From an uncultured Pseudomonadota bacterium (GTDB lineage: Bacteria; Oederibacteriota; Muellerivitia; Muellerivitales; Muellerivitaceae), in NCBI GenBank assembly GCA_963770835.1, contig CAVYRH010000010.1, positions 151,266 to 215,265 on the forward strand: DNA of 64,000 nt, read 5' to 3'. The notes below the pieces were generated by a model. That model was not told where the DNA came from, ran no database searches, and was given only the letters and a program-made list of their open reading frames with translations. The stretch's first letter is position 1, and the number at the start of each line of letters is the position of its first letter. Below, in pieces: positions 51,986-60,276 of the stretch. The position numbers and the translations under genes were made by a program.

Positions 51986-54187
51986 ATGAGAAACATCCAT
52001 AAAATTTTGCTGGGCTCCATCCTGGTTTTTCTGGGGGCCGCCTTAGCCGCCACGGCGCAAACCACGGACAAGGCCGGCGCCGCGAAGCTGCCATATCCCC
52101 CGGCGCGCCGCGATTCCACGGTGGACACCTACTTCGGTGTCAAAGTGCCCGCGCCCTACCAGTGGATGGAAAACCTCGACAGCCCCGAAGTGAAGAAATG
52201 GGTCGCGCAAGAGAACGCGCTCACTTTTTCTTACCTGGATAAAATCCCGGTCCGAAGCTGGATGAATAAGCGGCTGACGCGGCTCTGGAACTATGCCAAG
52301 GAACGTACTCCTGACCAGGTCGCCGGCGGGCGGGTCTTTTTCAGTAAGAATTCGGGCCTCCAGGACCAATTCGTCGTGTATGTCCAGGACTCACCCAAGG
52401 CGGCGCCCCAGGAACTGCTGGACCCGAACGCCCTCTCCCCGGACGGCTCGATCGCGCTCATGGGCTATGAGCCCTCCCCGCGCGGCGTTTATCTCGCCTA
52501 TTACCTCTCCCAGGGCGGCTCGGACTGGCGGACCCTCCACGTCCGCGAGGTGGCAACCGGAAAAGACCTGCCGGATACCATCCAGTGGATGAAGTTCTCC
52601 GCTGTTTCCTGGACCGAGGATGGGAAAGGTTTTTTCTACTCCCGCTACCCGGCGCCGCCGGAAGGCCAGGCCATCCGCCAGCAAGTCACCCACCATCAGC
52701 TCTACTACCACCGCCTGGGCACCGGCCAGGGCGCGGACAAGCTCATCTACGCGCGGCCGGACCTCCCGGAATGGCTCATCGAGGGAAGCGTGAGCGAGGA
52801 CGGCCGCTGCTTGTTTATCTACCTTGAGAACGGCACCGCGCCGCAGAATGAACTTTTCTACATGGACCTGGGCGACCCGCAGAAACCTTCCGTCTCCGGC
52901 AAGATCCAGCCGCTCTATACGAAAAACGACGCCAAATATTGGGTGGTTGGCCTCGAGGGGAAGACCTTGTTCCTCCAGACCGACCTGGACGCGCCCAAGG
53001 GCCGTATCGTGGCCGGCGCCCTCGACCAGCCTGATCCCGCCCAATGGCGCGTCCTCGTGCCCGAGGGCGAGGGGGCCATCCAAAGCTCGGACATGGCGGG
53101 CGGCCGGATCCTCGTCAATTACCAGGTCGTCGCCAAGAGCAAGCTCGCCCTGTTCTCGACGGACGGAAAACCGCGGGGCGAAATCAGCCTACCAACGCCC
53201 GGCTCCATCGCCGACCTGTCCGCGCGCGACGATTCCCAAACGGTTTATTACGGGTTCACCTCGTTTCTCTATCCCGGCTCGGTATTCCGCTACAACCTGA
53301 AAGTGGGAAGAAGCCGGGTGTTCTTCAAGCCCGATGCCCCCTTCGATCCAACCCCTTATGACGTCAAACAGGTCTTTTATCCCTCCAAAGACGGCACCCA
53401 GATTCCCATGTTCATCGTCGCGAGGAAGAACCTTCCACTCGACGGCAGCCATCCCACCATCCTTTACGGATACGGCGGTTTCGGCGCAATCCTTTCGCCC
53501 TGGTTCAACCCGGTACTGCCGGTGTGGCTGGAGTTGGGCGGCGTCTTCGCGGTCGCCAACCTCCGGGGAGACGGCACCTATGGCGAGCAATCGCACCAAG
53601 CCGGCACGCTGGGAAAAAAGCAGAACGTCTTCGATGATTTCGCTTGGGCGGCGAAATACCTGGTCGCGGGGCATTACACCTCGTCCCGCCGCCTCGGAAT
53701 CCAAGGCTACTCGAACGGGGGATTGCTCGCCGGGGCCAGCCTCACCCAAAACCCGGATTTGTTCGGCGCGGCCTACGCCGGCGCCGGGGTCCTGGACATG
53801 CTGCGCTACCAGCATTTCTCAGGCGGCGCCCTGTGGGCGCCGGAGTATGGAACCTCGGACGACGGGAAGGCGTTCCGCTGGCTCTATGCCTATTCCCCCC
53901 TCGCCAACCTGCGCGAGGGCGCCTGTTACCCCCCGACCATCCTCACGACGGCCGACCACGACGACCGCGTCGTGCCCAGCCACTCCTACCAGTTCGCCGC
54001 GGCCTTGCAGCACGACCAGGGCTGTGACAACCCGGTGCTTATCCGCGTCGATACCCAGACCAGCCACGGCTATATGCCGACGGACAAGCTCATCGCCCAA
54101 ATCGCCGATGTTTTGGCCTTCGAGGCTTACAACATGGGCATCGTGAACGCGCCTCAAACGGACCCGGCCGGCGGACCGGGCCGTTGA
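51986..54187 (+). CDS. Prolyl oligopeptidase (S9A), secreted
   Basis: LYGYGGF, GYSNGG, DHDDRV, SHG; signal peptide. Confidence 0.95.
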   Translation: MRNIHKILLGSILVFLGAALAATAQTTDKAGAAKLPYPPARRDSTVDTYFGVKVPAPYQWMENLDSPEVKKWVAQENALTFSYLDKIPVRSWMNKRLTRLWNYAKERTPDQVAGGRVFFSKNSGLQDQFVVYVQDSPKAAPQELLDPNALSPDGSIALMGYEPSPRGVYLAYYLSQGGSDWRTLHVREVATGKDLPDTIQWMKFSAVSWTEDGKGFFYSRYPAPPEGQAIRQQVTHHQLYYHRLGTGQGADKLIYARPDLPEWLIEGSVSEDGRCLFIYLENGTAPQNELFYMDLGDPQKPSVSGKIQPLYTKNDAKYWVVGLEGKTLFLQTDLDAPKGRIVAGALDQPDPAQWRVLVPEGEGAIQSSDMAGGRILVNYQVVAKSKLALFSTDGKPRGEISLPTPGSIADLSARDDSQTVYYGFTSFLYPGSVFRYNLKVGRSRVFFKPDAPFDPTPYDVKQVFYPSKDGTQIPMFIVARKNLPLDGSHPTILYGYGGFGAILSPWFNPVLPVWLELGGVFAVANLRGDGTYGEQSHQAGTLGKKQNVFDDFAWAAKYLVAGHYTSSRRLGIQGYSNGGLLAGASLTQNPDLFGAAYAGAGVLDMLRYQHFSGGALWAPEYGTSDDGKAFRWLYAYSPLANLREGACYPPTILTTADHDDRVVPSHSYQFAAALQHDQGCDNPVLIRVDTQTSHGYMPTDKLIAQIADVLAFEAYNMGIVNAPQTDPAGGPGR

Positions 54188-54300
54188 GGGGCCAAAGGGT
54201 GTTGCCGCCATACCTCAATCCAGGCCGCAATACCTAAAGCCGGCCCTCTATCCGCCAGGACTTATTGGCCCGCGCATCGGCCTTCCTGGACGGAAAACCG

Positions 54301-54507
54301 GGTGGTGCATCAGTTTGAAAAGAAAATGTCGCTTCACCCTCACCCTGCCCTCTCCCCTCAAGGGAGAGGGGGAAACAGCACTAAAAACCCTCGCCCCTTG
54401 GCTTTGGTTTTGGGGGTACATAGGGGATTTCCCCTATGAGGGCCGTTTGGGAGACGGGTAGGGTGAGGGGTGCCTTAAGGTCATACAACTCAAACTGATG
54501 CACTACC
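54301..54507 (+). mobile_element. IS1-like MITE, long form (207 bp)
   Basis: TIRs GGTGGTGCATCAGTTTGA / TCAAACTGATGCACTACC; TSD GAAAACCG. Confidence 0.88.
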
Positions 54508-54610
54508 GAAAACCGGTTAACCGCATTCCCGTTAATTCAACATCCGTTGAGTGGACCTGAAAGGGCCCTGTGGTATATTCCAGGCGATCCTTTTGAGAGG
54601 GAGGTAAAAA

Positions 54611-55528
54611 GTGAAAAAAGACATCCTATTCGCCGTTGTGATCCTGGGGGCCGCGATGGGCCTGGCCGGCTGCGGCAAGAATCTCCCCACACCCACCGCC
54701 GCTTCCAACTCCTCCCCGGCTATGTCCTTTTCCTACACCCTGGCCGGCGCCATCGGCATCCCCTCGGGGGGCGTGAGCATGGACTATCCCGCGGGCTTGG
54801 CCCTCTTCGGGAACGACCTTTGGGTTACCAACACAACGGGGAACGACTTCCAGGCCTGGACCCTGGACGGCGCCCCGGTAACCAACATTACAACCTACAA
54901 CTCCACGAGCTTCACCGGCCCCCTTGGGGCCGCAGTAGGCCCGGATGGGTTCCTCTACGTGGTGGACGCAGGCAACAACCAGCTGGCGGTCTTCCGCCCG
55001 AACGGCGACTATTACACCACGCTGGGGCACAACAAACTGTTCTCGCCCAGCGGGGTGGCTGTGAACGCCTCCTATATCTGCGTGGCCGAGGACAATTATC
55101 CGGGGGCTATTTACCAGATCGCCGTCACGGGTACGGGGGACATGAAGACCTACGGAGCCCCGGTCACCATCACCCCCACCGGTTCGGGGGCCCTCAGTAA
55201 TCCCCTGGGGCTGGCCTTGGACTCCTCCAACAACCTCTACGTGGCCGACCAGGCCAGCCAGCGGGTCGCCAAGTTCAACGCCTCGATGGTCTTCCAGTCG
55301 GCCTTGACGCTCCAGGGCAACACTTGGGGGGTGGCGCTGGACCCGTCGGGGAACCTCTTCGTCAGCGCCCAGCTTGAGCCAATCCAGGTCTACAACCCCT
55401 CGGGAAGCCCCATCACCCAGTTCGGGTCCAATAGCGACGACTATGGCTTGATCGCGCTGGACCCGAACGACGACGTTTATGTGACGGATACCCTTCAGCA
55501 GGAAGTGCTGTTCTACAAAAGGAACTAG
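54611..55528 (+). CDS. NHL-repeat beta-propeller lipoprotein
   Basis: Lipobox LAGC; repeated PxGxAxD..LYVxD motifs. Confidence 0.85.
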   Translation: MKKDILFAVVILGAAMGLAGCGKNLPTPTAASNSSPAMSFSYTLAGAIGIPSGGVSMDYPAGLALFGNDLWVTNTTGNDFQAWTLDGAPVTNITTYNSTSFTGPLGAAVGPDGFLYVVDAGNNQLAVFRPNGDYYTTLGHNKLFSPSGVAVNASYICVAEDNYPGAIYQIAVTGTGDMKTYGAPVTITPTGSGALSNPLGLALDSSNNLYVADQASQRVAKFNASMVFQSALTLQGNTWGVALDPSGNLFVSAQLEPIQVYNPSGSPITQFGSNSDDYGLIALDPNDDVYVTDTLQQEVLFYKRN

Positions 55529-55554
55529 CCCGCGGTATTGGCTTCGACGAAGCT

Positions 55555-55700
55555 CGACGACCGCGCCGTGCCCAGCCACGGCTATATGCCACGGACAAGC
55601 TCATCGCCCAAACCGCCGATGTTTGCGCCTTCGAGGCTTACAACTTGGGCATCGTGAGCGCGCCCCAAACGGGCCCGGCCGGCGGACCGGGCCGTTGAGG
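55555..55700 (+). pseudogene. Degenerate duplicate of prolyl oligopeptidase 3' end
   Basis: Near-identical to 53959-53983 joined to 54060-54189. Confidence 0.85.
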
Positions 55701-55724
55701 CCGGCCGCCTTTGCTTCGATTTGC

Positions 55725-55931
55725 GGTAGTGCATCAGTTTGAAAAGAAAATGTTACTCCACCCTCACCCCGCCCTCTCCCCTCAAGGGAGAGGGGGAAAC
55801 AGCACTAAAAACCCTCGCCCCTTGGCTTTGGTTTTGGGGGTACATAGGGGATTTCCCCTATGAGGGCCGTTTGGGAGACGGGTAGGGTGAGGGGTGTCTT
55901 AAGGTCGTCCAACTCAAACTGAGTCACTACC
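55725..55931 (+). mobile_element. IS1-like MITE, long form (207 bp)
   Basis: Same TIRs; TSD CGATTTGC/CAATTTGC (7 of 8 match). Confidence 0.85.
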
Positions 55932-55999
55932 CAATTTGCCGATGGTTTACTGGTTAAAACCTGAAAAACCTTGCTCCGCCGTTTTGCTATAATAGGGGC

Positions 56000-56182
56000 A
56001 TGAAAAAGACCGTAAAAAAATTAAAGTTGGGCCAGGAGTCTCCGAAAGATGATTTGGCCTATTGGTTAAGCCGTCCCGCGGAGGAACGTATCGAAGCCAT
56101 GGAGATTTTGCGGAGGGAATGGTTTGGAAATTCAGCCCGACTTCAAAGAACTGCTCGCGTTATTAAATCAAAACAAGGTTGA
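56000..56182 (+). CDS. Small hypothetical partner of nucleotidyltransferase
   Basis: DDLAYWLSRPAEERIEAMEILR; extended -10 directly upstream; overlaps next gene. Confidence 0.65.
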   Translation: MKKTVKKLKLGQESPKDDLAYWLSRPAEERIEAMEILRREWFGNSARLQRTARVIKSKQG

Positions 56183-56570
56183 ATATATCGTTGTTGGGGC
56201 CTTCGCCATGGCTTTTCATGGTGCCCCCCGCTTTTCGGGCGATATCGATATTTACGTCAATCCCGCTTCCGAAAACGCCCGCCGAGTCACAAAAACAATC
56301 CAAGATTTTGGCTTTGGGTCCCTTGGCCTCAAAGAGGGGGATTTCGACCGGCCCGGCCAAATCATCCAACTGGGCCAGCTGCCCGTTCGAATTGACCTGA
56401 TTACCTCCATTTCCGGCGTCACGTGGGAAGAGGCCGACGCCGGAAAGGCCCCCGGTCAATACGGCGATATTCCTGTTCATTATTTGGGCCGCAAGCAAAT
56501 CATCGCCAACAAAAGAGCGTCGGGCCGTAAGAAAGACTTAGCGGATTTGGAAGCACTTGGTGAAGAATAG
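56124..56570 (+). CDS. Nucleotidyltransferase (DUF6036/AbiEii-like)
   Basis: VVGAFAMAFHGAPRFSGDIDI, NKRASGRKKDLADL. Confidence 0.8.
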   Translation: MEIQPDFKELLALLNQNKVEYIVVGAFAMAFHGAPRFSGDIDIYVNPASENARRVTKTIQDFGFGSLGLKEGDFDRPGQIIQLGQLPVRIDLITSISGVTWEEADAGKAPGQYGDIPVHYLGRKQIIANKRASGRKKDLADLEALGEE

Positions 56571-56617
56571 GCCGCGAACAAAAAGAGTTGGCGGCTGACT
56601 TGACCCTAAAGCGCTGA

Positions 56618-56965
56618 ATGTTGGCCAGGCACCTTTTTTTGATGTTTGAATTTATCCACGATTTGAAAAAACTGGGCAGGGGTCTCGAACAGGGGGGTTT
56701 AAGAATTCCACCCGAAATTCGTGAAGCCTTCCGGTTGACGAAATACGTGCTTGAAAGCCGTTATCCCGGAACTATTGAAAGGGTCACGGAAAAAGAATAC
56801 AGGGAAACCGTGGCATTGGCCGAGGCCGCCGTGAAATGGGCTGAGAAGATCATCCAATCCTCGGAAGGCTTCCAGGGCCTCTCCGTCCACGAAACCCCGG
56901 CGGTTTACGCCGCGCGCCCGAAAGCCAAGGGCAGGGCGCGGGGCAAGAAGCGCAAAAGCAAATAA
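56618..56965 (+). pseudogene. HEPN-domain protein, N-terminally eroded
   Basis: IHDLKKL and LTKY..ESRYPG motifs; upstream helix missing. Confidence 0.6.
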
Positions 56966-57057
56966 CCGGACCCTTCGGTCCAACGTTGGCCTGACCCCTT
57001 TGTTACGCTCATGTTTGGGTTTGACCTCTTTAAACCGCGCTGGATCGGGGGCGAAAA

Positions 57058-57360
57058 ATGAAATTGGAATTCACGATTGGGGGCAAGGAAAAGCTCCATA
57101 TTGTCATCAAACGGAATTGGTTCACCGGCAGTTTCACCTACGCCGTGAACGGGAAGTTCCAAACCCTCCAAAGCGCCTGGAACCCCACCACCCACTTCGG
57201 CTTGAAATTACAAAGGACATACGACTTCGAGGTTAGCACCCGGGAGAAGCACCGGATTTGCATCGAGAAAATACGGCCGCTGCTGTTTGCCGGCTTCCGG
57301 CCGCAAGAGTATAAGGTTACGGTGGATGGGAATAGGGTGGCCCAATCCAAAGGCTTTTAG
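57058..57360 (+). CDS. Hypothetical all-beta small protein
   Basis: 100 aa ORF with plausible composition. Confidence 0.6.
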   Translation: MKLEFTIGGKEKLHIVIKRNWFTGSFTYAVNGKFQTLQSAWNPTTHFGLKLQRTYDFEVSTREKHRICIEKIRPLLFAGFRPQEYKVTVDGNRVAQSKGF

Positions 57361-57690
57361 GCCAATTGACCCGGAACCAAAGTGTTAGGTGAATATACCT
57401 TCAAGACAAGTAACGGCGATTTTGCCGCCGAGCGGCGCCGATACCCCACATGTCCGTTGTTCTAAAGTTTTAGGAAATGTGGGGTCATACCACCCTCCTT
57501 ATTAAAATAAATGACGGATGAGGGGTGGCATAAACGCCGAAAAATCTTTGAATTTCTTTCCTTTCCGCGTCAATCCGCGTGTGTCGGCGGCCCCCTTTTT
57601 TATGTCTTTCCGGTTTTTGCATTTCACTTGTCGTCATGGGATAGTCGCCCCCAAAGCCCCGCCTTTTTTATCGCGGGCCCCGGCGCTTTC

Positions 57691-57897
57691 GGTAGTGCAT
57701 CGGTTTGAAAAGAAAATGTTACTCCACCCTCACCCCGCCCTCTCCCCTCAAGGGAGAGGGGGAAATACCACTATAAACCCTCGCCCCTTGGCTTTGGTTT
57801 TGGGGGTACATAGGGGATTTCCCCTATGAGGGCCGTTTGGGAGACGGGCAGGGTGAGGGGTGCCATAAGGTTGTCCAACTCAAACTGAGTCACTACC
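57691..57897 (+). mobile_element. IS1-like MITE, long form (207 bp)
   Basis: Same TIRs; TSD GCGCTTTC. Confidence 0.88.
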
Positions 57898-57948
57898 GCG
57901 CTTTCATTCGGGTTGAAATCACTATCCAGCTTCGTTATAAGGATCGCT

Positions 57949-58794
57949 GTGAACGAACTGGACTTGGTTGAACAATATTTCCTGAGGGATCTCACCGAGG
58001 ACGAGAAAATAGCCTTGGACGAGCTGCTCGAGAGGTCCCCCGAGGCCGCCGGGCTTTTCCAGGAAAGGGCCGGGGCTGTTTCCCCGCCCCGCAGCCTGCC
58101 TGAGATCCAGTTGCCGCCGCCGCTCCCGCCCCCCGAGGCCGCCGGGCTTTTCCAGGAAAGGGCCGGGGCTGTTTCCCCGCCCCGCAGCCTGCCTGAGCTC
58201 AAGTTGCCGCCGTCGCTCCCGCCCCCCAAGCGCGGCGTGATCCCCCTTTCCCTATGGCTGTGGGTTTTGGCGGGGTATGTGCTGCTGGCCGCGGCCTTTT
58301 GGTTTTGGTCCAGGAACCACGACATCCATTGGCCTTGGAGCCTATCGGAACCGGTTGCCTCGTCCGGTCCGGCTGATTCCCCAGCCCAAGAGATTCCGAA
58401 AACCGCCTCCCGGGGCCTGGTTTCCCCTTTGGCGAATGAAATTGTAACGGATAACGACGCGGCCCTGGCCATGGGAGTCCCGCCGACGCCCGAGGACGAA
58501 CCCAATGACGGCGTCACCCCGGTACCCGCGTCCGCTTTATCCCCAAACTCGGGGAACCCCGGCCTGCGGATCCTGGTGGAAAGGCCCATGCCCGGCTTGG
58601 TCACGGTGACGGTGCTGGACTCGGCAGGGGATGAGATCCGGACGCTCTATAACGGAACCCTCCAAGCCGGCCGATGGGCCATTGACTGGGACGGACGCCT
58701 CGCCGACGGAAACAAGGCCCCCATCGGGGCCTATGCCCTCCTGGCCCGGTCGGGTTCCAAGGACCAAAAACAAGAAGTCTGGATCGGCCAATAA
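57949..58794 (+). CDS. Single-TM protein with anti-sigma-like N-terminus and C-terminal FlgD Ig domain
   Basis: LVEQYFLRDLTEDE, 93-bp tandem duplication, TM, VLDSAGDEIRTL..WDGR..GAY. Confidence 0.65.
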   Translation: MNELDLVEQYFLRDLTEDEKIALDELLERSPEAAGLFQERAGAVSPPRSLPEIQLPPPLPPPEAAGLFQERAGAVSPPRSLPELKLPPSLPPPKRGVIPLSLWLWVLAGYVLLAAAFWFWSRNHDIHWPWSLSEPVASSGPADSPAQEIPKTASRGLVSPLANEIVTDNDAALAMGVPPTPEDEPNDGVTPVPASALSPNSGNPGLRILVERPMPGLVTVTVLDSAGDEIRTLYNGTLQAGRWAIDWDGRLADGNKAPIGAYALLARSGSKDQKQEVWIGQ

Positions 58795-58937
58795 GGCCGG
58801 CGTCCACGGGGGCTCCACCATTTTAAGCAGCCATAAATCCGGCATTTCGTAGGAGGCGCGGAGGGTAGAATTGTGCGGATTTAAAACATTCTCTGGGTCG
58901 AGAAGAAACCGAAGTTCTAAGCTTTTATGAGGGATTG

Positions 58938-59903
58938 ATGAAAAGCAAATTTTATTTATTAGCCGTCATTTTTTTTCTGATTTTTCAATTCTTTCCCCAC
59001 GCTCTTAAGGCCGAGCCTGTCGATTTGTATGACCAGGGCCTCGATTATTACTATGGCATAGGGGTTAAGCAGGATTATCAAAAAGCCATGCAATGCTTTC
59101 AAGCCGAGGGTTCGTATGGGTCCCTGTTCGTCATCCTGATGTACATCAATGGACAGGGGGTAAAGGTGGATTTGGATAAGGTACAAAAGTTGTTGGATAG
59201 CACCAGTGAGGATGAACTTGGTGCCAGCCCTGAGGAGATAAAAAGGGCTATCGAAGAAAGAAGGAATAATCCCGGAAAAACGTTTCAGCCTCTTACTTGC
59301 GATGACGTAGCGGAAACAACACCGGAAATAAACCAGTGCGAAGGCATCAAAATGGATATCGCCAAAAACCGGTATAAGTCCGAAATCGAAGAGGCTCAAA
59401 AATACATGGGGCCCGGCGAAGTAAATGTCTTAGCCGTGGTGGAAGAAAAATTCGAGACGTATGAAAAGAATGATTCCGAGCGTGTACTCGACAATAGCGA
59501 CGGCTCTATGAGGACCCTCTATGAATTGGGCCAAAGCGAAGAATTGATGGAAAACCACGGGGCCCGGATCGAAATGTGGCTCATTCAACGCCGATTAAAG
59601 TTGTTTAGGGCAGATGATTTTGAAAAAGCGGATAGAGATTTAAACGTGGCGTACAATCACATGATGGGAGAAAGCTACGACATCCGGAAGCACTCCATGG
59701 AATCGGAAAATAGCCAAGATTCTAAGGATCGTGCTTCCGTTGCCATCACAGCGGAAAAAGCCTGGATTGATTACCGTGACGCTTGGGTCAATTTATTAAA
59801 ACTGTACCGGCCGAAAGGGAATTTGAGCGACGCCGATATTGAAAACTCCGTTAAAACTCAATTGAGTCTCGATCGTATAAACGAATTGAAAGAGGATGAT
59901 TGA
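58938..59903 (+). CDS. Secreted Sel1-repeat plus LprI (DUF1311)-like protein, AT-rich
   Basis: YYYGIGVKQDYQKA, ADRDLNVAY, AEKAWIDYRD. Confidence 0.75.
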   Translation: MKSKFYLLAVIFFLIFQFFPHALKAEPVDLYDQGLDYYYGIGVKQDYQKAMQCFQAEGSYGSLFVILMYINGQGVKVDLDKVQKLLDSTSEDELGASPEEIKRAIEERRNNPGKTFQPLTCDDVAETTPEINQCEGIKMDIAKNRYKSEIEEAQKYMGPGEVNVLAVVEEKFETYEKNDSERVLDNSDGSMRTLYELGQSEELMENHGARIEMWLIQRRLKLFRADDFEKADRDLNVAYNHMMGESYDIRKHSMESENSQDSKDRASVAITAEKAWIDYRDAWVNLLKLYRPKGNLSDADIENSVKTQLSLDRINELKEDD

Positions 59904-60276
59904 AAAAAACGTATTGGGGCAAAGTGTTGAATGTTGGGCTGGCCCTTTGGTTTCCTTGTTGTAAATGCAGAGCCGAAAACTAGTGCGTCGAAGGTTAAGT
60001 AAACCGCGAAATCTTTTATTGTCAAATGGATCCAGCAAAGGGGTCACAGCAAAGGGGTCAGGCCTACATTTTCCACTTTAAACTTCAAACCCCAATTCCC
60101 GTAACAATTTGAGCCCTTCTGTCCATAACCTGCACAATAGCTGTCCTCTTAAAGCCTTTACCCTCCCTTTAAACCTCTTTTTACAAAAGAACTCTGGAAA
60201 TCCTGAAAAGCTCAATTTATCTTTCATGAAACGACCCGGTTTAAACGGGTTGGAAATATTGATATGGAGGCCCTAT

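Noticed and set aside
47608..54187. RiPP cluster (small peptide plus prolyl oligopeptidase as macrocyclase)
   Set aside because: Genes are separated by unrelated ORFs and a terminator; no modifying enzymes or transporter
51814..57897. Repeated ~200-bp units as CRISPR array or integron attC cassettes
   Set aside because: Units have TIRs and individual TSDs, spacing is gene-sized and irregular, and no cas or intI gene is seen
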